Shown here in pieces: positions 10,449 through 20,791 of a DNA stretch of 64,000 nucleotides. The translations under genes were made by a program, and so were the position numbers. Positions within the stretch are counted from its first letter, which is position 1. Every line of letters begins with the position of its first letter. This stretch comes from Promethearchaeota archaeon (GTDB taxonomy: Archaea > Asgardarchaeota > Lokiarchaeia > Sigyniarchaeales > SOKP01), in NCBI GenBank assembly GCA_048940925.1, contig JBHLOC010000004.1, forward strand, positions 64,001-128,000. The letters run 5' to 3'. The notes beneath the pieces are model-generated. The model saw only the letters and a program-made list of their open reading frames with translations. It did not search any database and had not been told where the DNA came from.

Positions 10449-11078
10449 CTAATTATTAGAAGAAATAATTATCTTAACAATACGATTTATATATTTTCCT
10501 TTTTGTATCTTACAAACTCTCGCGACTTTTTTATAGTGAAATGATTCTGCTAATGTATCAAGATATGAAATATTATATAAAATTGAGATATTATCATCAT
10601 TTCTCATAAATAGTAAATCTAATTTATCTTGAATATTTCTCTCACTTATAGTAGTCTTATAGTTCACACGTTGCTTAATTTCTCTAAGAGTCCTTGCAAA
10701 GTTAAGATCTCTTATTGTTGAGATTATAGAGTTTAATACCATAGCATATAGAATAATTACATTAATATTTTCTGTTTCTTTTAAATTTTCTAATTTTAGT
10801 TGCAGATCCTGATAAATCTCTCTAATATAATTATCGTCTACTCCCTTAATTTTCTTAAAAAGATTTAAAAACTTGAAATATTTGCCTTCTATAAATAAAT
10901 CTAAATTTTCATTAAATAAATCCTTAAATCTTCTTATTATTTGCCCTGAATTGCTAATCTTTATTGAAACTTCAGGTGTTCTCCCTATAATAATATCACG
11001 GCCTTCTTTGTAAAACTGCTGGTTAATTAAATTATTAGTAGCATCGTATAATTGTTCTAACATCATTTTTCTTGACAA
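10449..11078 (-). CDS. hypothetical protein
   Basis: 209-aa ORF in AT-rich DNA; no recognised motif. Confidence 0.7.
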   Translation of the reverse strand: MSRKMMLEQLYDATNNLINQQFYKEGRDIIIGRTPEVSIKISNSGQIIRRFKDLFNENLDLFIEGKYFKFLNLFKKIKGVDDNYIREIYQDLQLKLENLKETENINVIILYAMVLNSIISTIRDLNFARTLREIKQRVNYKTTISERNIQDKLDLLFMRNDDNISILYNISYLDTLAESFHYKKVARVCKIQKGKYINRIVKIIISSNN

Positions 11079-11481
11079 AATTATTAATATTAACTTTTAG
11101 TCGTTTATCTCTTACAAATTAATAAAAATTCACTGATTTAATTTTTTGCATTATCAAGAAAAAGTTAATAAAATTGGATAATAAGGCTCAATAATATAAG
11201 AGTATTATTTTATGAGGAAGAAATAATAGCTAAAATCGTTTTAAGAATTATATAAAATCCTTAAAGCTTATTATGTCATATTTCTTTATACTAAACCTCT
11301 TAAAAAAACAAAAAGTCGGTATTGCTACTTTTTCATTTGTTTTAAAACTTTACACCGTTAAAAAGAAATAAAACCTTTTTATAATATTAAGGTTTAATAC
11401 TTATTGCAATTTTATACATTTAATTAATCAATTAATTTTGAAAATATGGTATATAACTAAAAAAGAAGGTTGAAAATTAAA

Positions 11482-11916
11482 ATGGTTGACGAATCATTAT
11501 TAAAGGAAATAAAATCAGCCCAAGATAAGGGAGCAGCAAGTGCATCAGTAGAAGATATGATGAAAGTTTTTGAATTCATCAAACAGATCTCAACTGAGAA
11601 TGAAGATCTAAAAGAAGAACTTGAGGATATGGATATAGCAATTCAAATGGTAATTTCGGATGCAGACAAGAAATTTTGGCTCACTGTGAAAGAGGGTGAT
11701 TTAGATTTTGGTGATGGAGATGTAGATAATCCTTCATTCACAATGTCTTCAAATTTAGAAGTCGGAGCTGGTATTCTAATGGGCGAAGTTGATGCAACAA
11801 GTGCATATATGGCAGGAGATATTACTGTTGAAGGAAATCTTCAAGATGCAATGGCGTTCCAGGAAATTATAGAATTAGCATTAGAAGCATATGAAGATTT
11901 AGTTGAAGATATGTAA
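11482..11916 (+). CDS. SCP2 sterol/lipid-carrier domain protein (acidic)
   Basis: GEVDATSAYMAGDITVEGNLQDAM SCP2 signature; ATG 11482 downstream of AGGTTGA. Confidence 0.88.
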   Translation: MVDESLLKEIKSAQDKGAASASVEDMMKVFEFIKQISTENEDLKEELEDMDIAIQMVISDADKKFWLTVKEGDLDFGDGDVDNPSFTMSSNLEVGAGILMGEVDATSAYMAGDITVEGNLQDAMAFQEIIELALEAYEDLVEDM

Positions 11917-11989
11917 AAGATTCTCATTTAAATCAACCAATTCTATATAATCATTTCTTTTTTTTCTTTAAATTCTTAATAAATTCAAT

Positions 11990-13249
11990 TTAATTAATTT
12001 TATTCATAATTTCTAATTTAAATATTCTATCATTCTTCTTAACAGGATCATCCACTAAAATACCGACAGTTATTGTTTTATTTTTTGAAGCCTGTGGTGT
12101 TTCAGTTAGATTCTTTTTTTGTTTAATTTGAATTGAATGAATTTTTTGATGCACGTAGGTATCTGTATGAGTCCCAATAATAAATACTTCATCTCCCAGC
12201 TTTAATTTTCCTTTGGATAAAATAATTTTTGCTGCGGACTTTTCGGGGAAATAAGATATAACTTTCCCAATTTCAATTTTTCTAAAATCTGAAATATTTC
12301 CTTCCTGTTCTCTTTCAATTTCGTTACCTTTAGGTAATCCAAAATAAAATCCAGTAGAAAAACCGCGATTATAAACTTTTTTCAAACGTGGAATCCAATC
12401 TTGAACTTTTTCAATTGTAAATGTGTTGTCATAATATGCATCTATAGCTTCACGATAACATTTAGTAACTTCTTCAATATAAATAGGATCTCTCATCCTC
12501 CCTTCTATTTTAAAAGCATCAATATTTGCTTGAATTAATAGAGGAATATGTTCAATCATACATAGATCTTTTGTGTTTATAAAAAAAACGCCATCATAAA
12601 TGAATTCATTACTTTCATCGTCATAAACCTTCCATCTCCTCCTACATGGTTGGGTACACTTCCCTCGATTCGCTGAATAATCCTGTGACTCACAAATTTC
12701 CGCTGAAAAATAGCATCTGCCCGAGATAGAAGTGCATTGAGCTCCATGAATAAAGGTCTCAATTTCACATCTTTCTACTTTCTTTCTAATCTCTTTAATT
12801 TGTTCAAGTGATAATTCCCTTGCTAGAATTATTCTTTCTGCCCCTAAGTTTTCATAAAATTTTGCTGACAGGGCATTAGACACGCTAGCTTGAGTAGAAA
12901 TATGGAATTTTAAACCATTATTTTTTGCTAATTCTATTGCACCAATATCATGAATAATAACAGCATCAATTTCTGCTTCAGAAGCTTTATTTAATATTTT
13001 CTCAGTTAATTCAATTTCATTTTCGTAAATAATTATGTTGGTAGTTAAATACGCTTTCACATTATTTTCATGGCATATTGAAACAATTTTATTCAGATCC
13101 TCTAATTTAAAATTATCACTAAACATTCGCATATTTAGTGATTCAACACCAAAATAAACAGCATCAGCGTATTTTAAAGCAGCCTTTAAAGATTTAAAAT
13201 TCTTTAAAGGAGCCATTAATTCAACTTTGTTATCTGAATGATTACTCAT
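11990..13249 (-). CDS. U32-family Fe-S hydroxylase (TrhP/RlhA/UbiU superfamily)
   Basis: ELMAP, ADAVYFG, HISTQAS, ILARELS, HGAQCTSISGRC...NRGKCTQPCR, KIEGR; C-terminal beta-barrel. Confidence 0.9.
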   Translation of the reverse strand: MSNHSDNKVELMAPLKNFKSLKAALKYADAVYFGVESLNMRMFSDNFKLEDLNKIVSICHENNVKAYLTTNIIIYENEIELTEKILNKASEAEIDAVIIHDIGAIELAKNNGLKFHISTQASVSNALSAKFYENLGAERIILARELSLEQIKEIRKKVERCEIETFIHGAQCTSISGRCYFSAEICESQDYSANRGKCTQPCRRRWKVYDDESNEFIYDGVFFINTKDLCMIEHIPLLIQANIDAFKIEGRMRDPIYIEEVTKCYREAIDAYYDNTFTIEKVQDWIPRLKKVYNRGFSTGFYFGLPKGNEIEREQEGNISDFRKIEIGKVISYFPEKSAAKIILSKGKLKLGDEVFIIGTHTDTYVHQKIHSIQIKQKKNLTETPQASKNKTITVGILVDDPVKKNDRIFKLEIMNKIN

Positions 13250-13378
13250 GTTAAATTCAGATCTTAGGAATTTAAAATGTAAGTTAATACTATTAGTATA
13301 GCAGATACTAAAAATTTGATACTTTTTTTATATTAATAATAAGAAATTCAAGGAAAATGAGGAAATCTAAATTTATAA

Positions 13379-13486
13379 TGGCGCCCACAGCGGGATATTC
13401 CAAAACACGGAAAAGCCATATTTTTTTTGAACCCGCGTCGCAGGAGTGACAGTCCCGAATGCTAGACCGGGCTACACTATGTGGGC
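13379..13486 (-). tRNA. tRNA-Asp(GUC) with a 30-nt T-loop intron (59/60, 13396-13425); CCA encoded
   Basis: acceptor GCCCACA/TGTGGGC-G-CCA; anticodon loop CTGTCAC; removing the insert restores GCGGG-TTCAAAT-CCCGC; intron hairpin AAAATATGG/CCGTGTTTT. Confidence 0.9.
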
Positions 13487-13638
13487 TTTAGAAAAATAAG
13501 TACATAATCAAAGAAACAAAGGAAAATATAAAAATTTTTTTCTGAATAGAGTGTTAATACAGCTCATAGAAAGATTTATATTCTTTAAAGATGATGTAGA
13601 TAATAAGGAGTATTTAGGTATAATAATATCTTTTAAAG

Positions 13639-14094
13639 TTGAATATTACCCAAATTAATATGCTTGATTCTAAAAGTTTCAATTCGGTAATTAGCAATTT
13701 AGAAGATAAAGATCAAGAGTTTATTGCTAATTTGGATAAGATTATAAATTTGGGAATAGATACAGTTATGAATACAGAGGAACTCTTAGAAGAAATTACT
13801 GATTATGATTATATTTACCAGATTTTTATAACAGATATAAATTTTAATTTTTGGATAAAGGTTTCTAGGGGATCAATAACTTATAAAAAAGGAGTTAATA
13901 GAAATGCGTCTTTTCAGGTGAAATTTACAAAGGATATATTAATCAAGGTTCTTAAGCGAAAGATGTATGGAGCTGAGGCGTATATGAGAGGTATAATTAA
14001 AGTTGACGGGGATCTTACTCAGGGTTTAAGATTCATTAAACTGTTCAGATTAATTATAAAATATATAAATAACGGCTTTAAAAAAATAAAATAA
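13639..14094 (+). CDS. SCP2-domain protein (basic)
   Basis: AEAYMRGIIKVDGDLTQGL signature; start TTG 13639 or ATG 13660. Confidence 0.82.
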   Translation: MNITQINMLDSKSFNSVISNLEDKDQEFIANLDKIINLGIDTVMNTEELLEEITDYDYIYQIFITDINFNFWIKVSRGSITYKKGVNRNASFQVKFTKDILIKVLKRKMYGAEAYMRGIIKVDGDLTQGLRFIKLFRLIIKYINNGFKKIK

Positions 14095-14208
14095 ACTAGT
14101 ACTGAAGCTTTAATTTAGCTTGAAATTAAAAATTTATTTAAATAAAATAGTTAAAATTTAATTTGCTTATTCTATTATAGTTATTATAATAATATCTCAC
14201 TTTTTATA

Positions 14209-14312
14209 GGGCCTGTAATCTAGTCTGGATTTTTATTTCCAATAAGGGAATAAACAGAAAGGGTACCCGGCTTCGGACTGGGATGTCGCAGGTTCGAATC
14301 CTGCCAGGCCCG
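14209..14312 (+). tRNA. tRNA-Arg(UCG) with a 29-nt D-loop intron (about 20a/21, 14231-14259)
   Basis: acceptor GGGCCTG/CAGGCCC-G; anticodon loop CTTCGGA; T arm GCAGG-TTCGAAT-CCTGC; intron hairpin TTTATTTCC/GGGAATAAA. Confidence 0.9.
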
Positions 14313-14561
14313 TTATTTTTTATTCGAACATTTTATATATCATCAGATTAGTCTCCTTGACTAGGAATAAATAACAATGAATATTCGATTTATTTCATGC
14401 AAATGGAATACACTACAGTATTAAAGAGCATTTTTCATGGTTGTTTGTTATCAAAAAGAAACAATCGTTATCAAAAAGTATATTTAAATATTTGTTTTTT
14501 GATCAGTTTATTAACACAAATTAAAGATAAACACAAAAATCTCTTCAAGGTTATAGTAATA

Positions 14562-15020
14562 ATGGGGTTAGATACTGCAAATACAGATATTAATACTATT
14601 TCTAATCGAGTTGTCGATATTCCTCGAGCTAAAGGGTTAATTGGAATTTTAATTTTGAATAAAACAGGATCTTTATTTTACTCAAAAGTAAATAAAAAGA
14701 GAGTAAATATCATTAAAAATATTTTTCAAATAGCTGGATTTTTATCAGCAATGATGATTTATTCGAAAGATTTTATTGGAAGTAGAGAATTAGAATTAAA
14801 ATTAGAAGATGTTGATCTACATATTGATACTAAAAATGGCGTTATTTTTGCTTATTTAATTGAAAAAGAAAATCATACAGAGGATTCAAATAAATATATC
14901 CATATCATTTTTAACGATTTTTTAGAAAGGTATTATGATTCTCATATAAAAGACTTTAAGGGAGATTTAACACCCTTCTATAGTTTTGAAGAGGTTATTG
15001 ACCAGTATTTTGATATGTAG
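14562..15020 (+). CDS. longin/roadblock-like protein
   Basis: GILILNKTGSLFYS...IAGFLSAM...FLERY..F.GD...F..F pattern; ATG 14562 likely real start. Confidence 0.65.
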   Translation: MGLDTANTDINTISNRVVDIPRAKGLIGILILNKTGSLFYSKVNKKRVNIIKNIFQIAGFLSAMMIYSKDFIGSRELELKLEDVDLHIDTKNGVIFAYLIEKENHTEDSNKYIHIIFNDFLERYYDSHIKDFKGDLTPFYSFEEVIDQYFDM

Positions 15021-15133
15021 TTTATATTTAGATTAATTATAAATTATACTTATATTCTTAATCCCGGATTTTGAATAAAGAGAAAAATTTACACCATAAA
15101 TTCTTAAATAGAGTGATGTTTAATTATAACATA

Positions 15134-15490
15134 ATGACTGCGACTTTAGAAGTTGACTTAGTCTTAGAAAATTTAATTAAAGAATTTGGAGATTCAGGGT
15201 TATATTTTGTATTAATTACCTCCGAAAACGGGGTTGTGATTAAATCATATATTAATCAGGAGTTCAATAAATCATCTATAGGATTAAATGTATCGCAGTT
15301 ATATGAGTTAGCTGAAGAAATTACCTCAGAAATAGGAGTTCATAAGCCTGATTTTACCTTAATCCATACGGATAATTTCTATGTTCTCTCGGTTAAGATT
15401 TTAGGGAAAATAATAATAGTTTTAATGGAAGATCAAGTCAATTTTTCATCTGTTTTTGGAATAATAAATAATTGTATAATTACAAATTGA
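15134..15490 (+). CDS. roadblock/LC7-like protein
   Basis: helix-VLITSENGVVIKS-helix-three-strand pattern; start uncertain. Confidence 0.65.
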   Translation: MTATLEVDLVLENLIKEFGDSGLYFVLITSENGVVIKSYINQEFNKSSIGLNVSQLYELAEEITSEIGVHKPDFTLIHTDNFYVLSVKILGKIIIVLMEDQVNFSSVFGIINNCIITN

Positions 15491-15613
15491 TAATTTTAGG
15501 CTCATCCTTCCTTATTTGTATTTTTACTTAATCAATTAAAAATTGGACCCATGAAAACATTTAAATAGTGATTTTATATTCCAATTAAATATCACTTAAT
15601 ATGAGTAATTGAG

Positions 15614-16096
15614 ATGAAATATCAAAAAAATCAATATTCAAATAGCTTTTCTATTTGTACATTTATAATAGCTGGTGCATTTTTTTGGTGGGGTATATCA
15701 AGTTTTATACCATGGGATAGATGGTCATGGTGGGGATTCATATCAATAGGGATTGGTGCCGCGATCTTATCCAGTCAAATCGTTGCATTAGCTAATAGGA
15801 GTAAATTACGGAATGTTGTGTTGCAAGAGTTTCAAACAAATCCTGATGCTTCAATAGCGGATGTGAGTAGGAATACAGGAATTACAGAAAAAGACATCCA
15901 AGCAATTGTGTTAGATTTGAAAGCTTCTGGTCAACTGGTGGGTAAGTTTTCGACAAAAACAGGTCAAATTAAACACTTAACTATCCCAGAAGAATCTGTA
16001 AGTACCGAAGAGCGTGGTAAATATTGTTATAATTGTGGAACACCAATAAGTAAAGAATCTGCTCAATATTGTGCCTATTGTGGTGCCAAAATATAA
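15614..16096 (+). CDS. membrane protein with wHTH/PCI-like domain and C-terminal zinc ribbon
   Basis: two N-terminal TM helices, ASIADVSRNTGI, CYNCG...CAYCG. Confidence 0.75.
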   Translation: MKYQKNQYSNSFSICTFIIAGAFFWWGISSFIPWDRWSWWGFISIGIGAAILSSQIVALANRSKLRNVVLQEFQTNPDASIADVSRNTGITEKDIQAIVLDLKASGQLVGKFSTKTGQIKHLTIPEESVSTEERGKYCYNCGTPISKESAQYCAYCGAKI

Positions 16097-16177
16097 CTTT
16101 TTTTTCTTTTTCTTTTTTCAATTTTAAAGTAAATTTAATTCAATTTAAAGAACTCTCAAAAAAAATTAAAAAGAAGT

Positions 16178-17146
16178 TTAAGGGGGGTATCTTAATTCGT
16201 AAATGCTCTTACCGCCATTAAGTGCTCCTTTAATATACTTTTCAACTTCATTGGGATCTCGTTGAGTAATTCCTTCAACTGGGGGAAGTTTTCCAGGAGG
16301 GAAAGTTTTTAATATGTCATTCACTAATTTTTCCAAATAATCTAACAAAGATTCTATACCCGGTAATCCCTTTTCTAAAGTTGCTTTACTTGGGCATCCA
16401 ACATTTCCTTCTGGATACGCAGCAACCTCTATTGGACCAAATCCAACCTGACCATACCATTTGATTGGTCTTTGGTATATATTTCCTGCTTTATCAACAT
16501 GTCCTTCTGGCATCCATCCAACAGGCTCATTATCACATGCATTTTCTAATTTTATCATTTCAGGAAATAACACCATTGAAAAGGAAGTTTCTGCCTCATC
16601 CGCATGAATGAAAGGTGTTTCAAATGGTCCTCCATGTTCCCTATCCATACACTGATTTGGAATAGCATGATACCAATTAACATTACACAGAACTGCAGGA
16701 AGTTGGTAATTTTTCGCCCACTCATGAATTGCTGAGGGAATTACATATTCTTGTCCATGTCCATTTAGTAGTATTTGCTTTCTGAAACCCATATTCCACA
16801 ATCCGGTAATAACTGCTCTTACCATGCCTTTAAAAATTTCTTCAGGAACGATTATTGAACCTGGCATTCCTAGATGATGATAAGGATGACTCCCATACCA
16901 AATAGGTTCTGCAATTGTGCACCCTGTTTTTTGAGCGATTAATTCTGCCATTCGTGTTACTAAAAAAGTGTCTTCTCCTATACATGCCGCCGATCCATGA
17001 TTCTCAGTAGAACCTATTGGGATTATAATTACATCATTCTTTTTTAGACGTTCATTAATCTCAAGGATTGACATAGTTTGAAGATATATTCCATTTGGTT
17101 TATCCATATGTCCTACATCTTTAGGGGGTAGATTCCATTTGCTCAT
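16178..17146 (-). CDS. iolN: 3-dehydro-scyllo-inosose hydrolase (creatininase family)
   Basis: IPIGSTENHG, GEDTFLVTRMAE, NGHGQE, PFIHADE; closely resembles Thermotoga IolN as recalled. Confidence 0.88.
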   Translation of the reverse strand: MSKWNLPPKDVGHMDKPNGIYLQTMSILEINERLKKNDVIIIPIGSTENHGSAACIGEDTFLVTRMAELIAQKTGCTIAEPIWYGSHPYHHLGMPGSIIVPEEIFKGMVRAVITGLWNMGFRKQILLNGHGQEYVIPSAIHEWAKNYQLPAVLCNVNWYHAIPNQCMDREHGGPFETPFIHADEAETSFSMVLFPEMIKLENACDNEPVGWMPEGHVDKAGNIYQRPIKWYGQVGFGPIEVAAYPEGNVGCPSKATLEKGLPGIESLLDYLEKLVNDILKTFPPGKLPPVEGITQRDPNEVEKYIKGALNGGKSIYELRYPP

Positions 17147-17240
17147 TTTTTCATTCTAACCTCTAAAATTGAATTTTATTAATTATAAAAGGTGTTCATA
17201 TATGTTAAACTTTTTAATAATCCAAAATAATTAGAATTAT

Positions 17241-18053
17241 ATGAAATTGAGTATTGTATCTGCTCTTAATGAATCCAAGTGCAATCAAGAAGACGTATTG
17301 AAAAAGTTCACTTCTTTATGTGTTTTTTTAAAACCCTTAAATTATAATGGAATTGAATTAAGTTTAGTAGAGCCTGAAATAATTAACGCTAAAAAGATTG
17401 AAGAAATTCAAGAGTCTTATGAAATGGAAATCCCAGCGTTGGGAACAGGAAATACTTTTGTTCGTTTTGGTTATTCACTAGGTCACGCTGATGAAACTAT
17501 ACGGAGAAAAGCGATTGGGAGAATTGAAAAATATTTAGAATTTGCTGATAAAATTAGATCTAAAGTAATTATAGGATTAATTAGAGGACGATATAATTTT
17601 GAGAGTAGTCAGAAAAAAGAGAAGATGCATATCAAATCATCATTAAAAGAATGTTGTAGATTAGCAGAAAATTATGGTATTGAATTGCTTTTTGAACCTA
17701 TTAATCGATTTGAGATTGATTCATATAACACTATTTCAGAATCCTTAGAATTAATTGACGAGATAAATTCAGATAACTTAAAACTAGTAGTTGATTCTTA
17801 CCATATTTATCTAGAAGAAGATCCTGGATTTATATGGGAATATTTAGAAGAAATTGCGCATTATGTATCTCATATTCATTTAGCTGATTGTACACGTAGA
17901 GCTCCAGGTTCAGGACATTTTGATTTTAGATCATTTTTAAGTATTTTTAAAAATGCTGGGTATAATGGTTTTGCATCAATTGAAACTATTATGAAACCTT
18001 CATTTGAGGAAGTTGCTAAAGAATCGTCAGAATATCTTAGAATTATATTATAA
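17241..18053 (+). CDS. iolO: 5-keto-L-gluconate epimerase-like TIM-barrel enzyme
   Basis: VIIGLIRG, EPINRFE, DSYH, HIHLAD..RRAPGSGHFDF. Confidence 0.78.
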   Translation: MKLSIVSALNESKCNQEDVLKKFTSLCVFLKPLNYNGIELSLVEPEIINAKKIEEIQESYEMEIPALGTGNTFVRFGYSLGHADETIRRKAIGRIEKYLEFADKIRSKVIIGLIRGRYNFESSQKKEKMHIKSSLKECCRLAENYGIELLFEPINRFEIDSYNTISESLELIDEINSDNLKLVVDSYHIYLEEDPGFIWEYLEEIAHYVSHIHLADCTRRAPGSGHFDFRSFLSIFKNAGYNGFASIETIMKPSFEEVAKESSEYLRIIL

Positions 18054-18170
18054 TCTCAAAAATAACAAATACTTCCGAAATAAATTCTTAGCATTTATAA
18101 TTAGAATATAAAAAGAATAATAAGAAAAAAAACAAAAGAATAATTTTTGATAATTGTATCGAATCCTAGT

Positions 18171-18722
18171 TTATTTTATTTCGATCTTTTTCATTTCCTT
18201 TTTTTCAGGTTCTTTTTTAGGAATTCTTACGCTTAAAATTCCCTTATCTAAGTTAGCGTCGATTTCATCTTCATTTATATTTTCTGGTAAGCTAAATGCT
18301 CTATAATAACTGGCTGAACTGAATTCTCTCCTGACATATCCTTTTTTATCTTCTTTAACTTCTTCTTTTTGTTCTCCTTTAATTTCTAACATTCCATCAT
18401 GAAAAGTTATCTCAATATCACCCTTGTTTAAACCAGGTAATTCAGCAGAAATTTTATAATTATTTTCATCTTCTGTAATGTTTGATAAGGGAGTTCTAAA
18501 GATTGGAACTTCTTCCCATTTTATAGGTTCATATCGTCTCCTTCGAAATGGCCAGAACGATTCATCAAAATTTCTCCATAAATTGTCAAACATTCTATCC
18601 ATTTCTTGAAATAGTGAGAAGGGACTCTCTCTTCTTATGGCAAGTTCACGTGTTTTTTTTTCATTTACTTCTTTCTTCGCAACTTTTCCTTTTTTCACAT
18701 CGATTTTTTTGTCTTCAGACAT
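18171..18722 (-). CDS. hsp20: small heat shock protein Hsp20
   Basis: AELPGLNKGDIEI, YYRAFSLPENI, ANLDKGILSVRIPK, terminal IEI. Confidence 0.93.
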   Translation of the reverse strand: MSEDKKIDVKKGKVAKKEVNEKKTRELAIRRESPFSLFQEMDRMFDNLWRNFDESFWPFRRRRYEPIKWEEVPIFRTPLSNITEDENNYKISAELPGLNKGDIEITFHDGMLEIKGEQKEEVKEDKKGYVRREFSSASYYRAFSLPENINEDEIDANLDKGILSVRIPKKEPEKKEMKKIEIK

Positions 18723-18911
18723 AATTTACACCTCTTTCATTTTATTGATATTTATTTTGATAACAATTTAATTTGTAATGTTCGATTGTCAATTTATGGT
18801 TGACAAATCTAATTTATCATAGTTGAAATGGGTATTTAAATTTTTCGTCTAGGATAATTTAATTAACTTATTGAAATTGAGAAAAATAAAAATGAAAGAG
18901 TTAGTTTGTTT

Positions 18912-19493
18912 TTATTTAATCTCTATTACGTGCTTTTCACTAATTTTTGCTGTTTTTTTAGGAATTATTAATTGTAAAATGCCATTTTTAAAACTTGCAT
19001 CAATATCTTCGGTAGATATATCTTCAGGTAAATGGAAACATCTATAGAAGTTAGCTGGTTGAAATTCTCTCCTTAGATAGTCTCCCTTTATTTCCTTAAT
19101 TTTATCTTTTTTTTTATCTTTATCTTTCTTTTCTTTTTTATCTTTATCCTTTTTTTCTTCTTTTTTTTCTTTTTCTATTATCTTTTTTTCTCCTACTATC
19201 TCCAAAATACCTTCGTCTAATGTAATTTTAACATTTTTCTTATTTAATCCTGGTAATTCAATAGAAATATAATATACATCTTCACCTTCTATTATATTAG
19301 TTGGTGCAATCCTATAAAAAGACTCACTCTCACTAATTTCAAGAGATTCTGGGTGCTCAGTTTTAAAACCACTTATCTCTTTTCTTTTTGTAGCAATTTC
19401 CTCTTGTTTTTTCTTATTCTCAAGAATTTGTTTATCACGTTCAACTTTTTCCTCTAACTCAATATCTTCTTCCTCTTCATGATTTTCATTCAT
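18912..19493 (-). CDS. hsp20: small heat shock protein Hsp20 with Lys/Asp-rich loop insertion
   Basis: IELPGLNKKNV, FYRCFHLPEDI, ASFKNGILQLIIPK. Confidence 0.9.
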   Translation of the reverse strand: MNENHEEEEDIELEEKVERDKQILENKKKQEEIATKRKEISGFKTEHPESLEISESESFYRIAPTNIIEGEDVYYISIELPGLNKKNVKITLDEGILEIVGEKKIIEKEKKEEKKDKDKKEKKDKDKKKDKIKEIKGDYLRREFQPANFYRCFHLPEDISTEDIDASFKNGILQLIIPKKTAKISEKHVIEIK

Positions 19494-19612
19494 ATTATTA
19501 GATCTCTTTCTAATTTATTATAATTGAATAACAAAAATAGATGAAAATGATATAAAAAAGTTATGATAGTGAAATGTAATTTGATTCTTAATAATTAAAA
19601 ATTCCTTGTTTT

Positions 19613-20791
19613 TTAACTGAAATTGGTTGAAATTTTACATTGGGTCTTATCCGTTTGTAAAAGTCTCAGATTTTCAGGAACTTCATCAAGTGAGATTTCT
19701 TTTGTTATCATTGGAGTAACATCCATTCCTGCAGCCATACAACTAATAACATTTGGAAAATTACCATGCCCAGAATGACCTTGAGAACCAACGATCCGAG
19801 CTCTTTTAACTTGGAAAAATTCTCCACAAACTGGCATTCTTTGTTCTGCTCTTGCTACAATAACAACTGTACTATTGACTGCTTTACATTCCCATATTGA
19901 ATTTTGTATATCATCAGTTACAATATCTGGTAATCCAGTAGCTTCAAGATAAAGAGTAGCACCTTCATTATCTGTGTATTCTTTTACTTTTTCAACAAAA
20001 TTTTCTTTAATAGGGTTAATGACGTAGTCTGCACCTAATTTTTTAGCTATTTTAGCTCTCGTCTCCTCTGGTTCTGAAACAATACATACAGCTGCTCCCG
20101 CAGTTTTCAAAATTTTTGTTGCTGCTAAACCAATAGGGCCTCCACCTAATATAACTACATTCTCACCAGGTCGAACTCCACCACCTCGTTCTATAACTGC
20201 GTTATAGGCTACTGAAGTTGGTTCCACTAAACTCCCAATTTTAAAAACATCTTCATATTTCTGTTCTAATTTTTTCAAACTCCAGCATAACTTTGCAGGA
20301 ACTGCTATAAATTCAGCATATGCACCATCAATAGAAAAACCAATTTCTTGTAATCTTTCACAGTGATTTGGAAATCCATCACAGCAAGGTTTACATTCAC
20401 CACACCAGACCATTTCTTCTACGGTAACTGGTTCTCCTATTTCATAAAATCTTCCGGTCCTTTTATTAATTGCTTTTTTACCAACCTCTACAATTTCCCC
20501 TGAAAATTCATGTCCCAGTGTGACAGGAAAAGCAGTCAATCCAGGATAATAGATATAGCCATCTTCATATGTTTGGGCCATATGGACATCTGAACCACAA
20601 ATTCCGCACCATTTTACCTCAACCAATACTTCATTTGCTTGTATTTGGGGTTTATCTTTTTCTACTACCTCAACCACAGGATTACGCCATACTTGAGAAC
20701 CTAAATAAGTTAATTTACCTTCTATATCTTTTAATCCAAGTTTAACTGATGGTTTTGGATCCCATTTTGCTGATAGAACTATCGCTTTCAT
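19613..20791 (-). CDS. iolM: scyllo-inosose 3-dehydrogenase (Zn-dependent MDR)
   Basis: AKWDPKP..KLG.KDIEGKLTYLGS N-terminus, CGICGSDVH, GHEFSG, GSQGHSGHG. Confidence 0.88.
   Translation of the reverse strand: MKAIVLSAKWDPKPSVKLGLKDIEGKLTYLGSQVWRNPVVEVVEKDKPQIQANEVLVEVKWCGICGSDVHMAQTYEDGYIYYPGLTAFPVTLGHEFSGEIVEVGKKAINKRTGRFYEIGEPVTVEEMVWCGECKPCCDGFPNHCERLQEIGFSIDGAYAEFIAVPAKLCWSLKKLEQKYEDVFKIGSLVEPTSVAYNAVIERGGGVRPGENVVILGGGPIGLAATKILKTAGAAVCIVSEPEETRAKIAKKLGADYVINPIKENFVEKVKEYTDNEGATLYLEATGLPDIVTDDIQNSIWECKAVNSTVVIVARAEQRMPVCGEFFQVKRARIVGSQGHSGHGNFPNVISCMAAGMDVTPMITKEISLDEVPENLRLLQTDKTQCKISTNFS

Noticed and set aside
11990-13249. Collagenase/protease annotation for the U32 protein
   Set aside because: The conserved Fe-S cysteines match U32 hydroxylases; the protease label is historical.
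14397-14561. Long N-terminal extensions in the ORF track (also 58223-58351 and 57445-57480)
   Set aside because: These stretches look intergenic or promoter-like; downstream ATGs fit the domain boundaries better.
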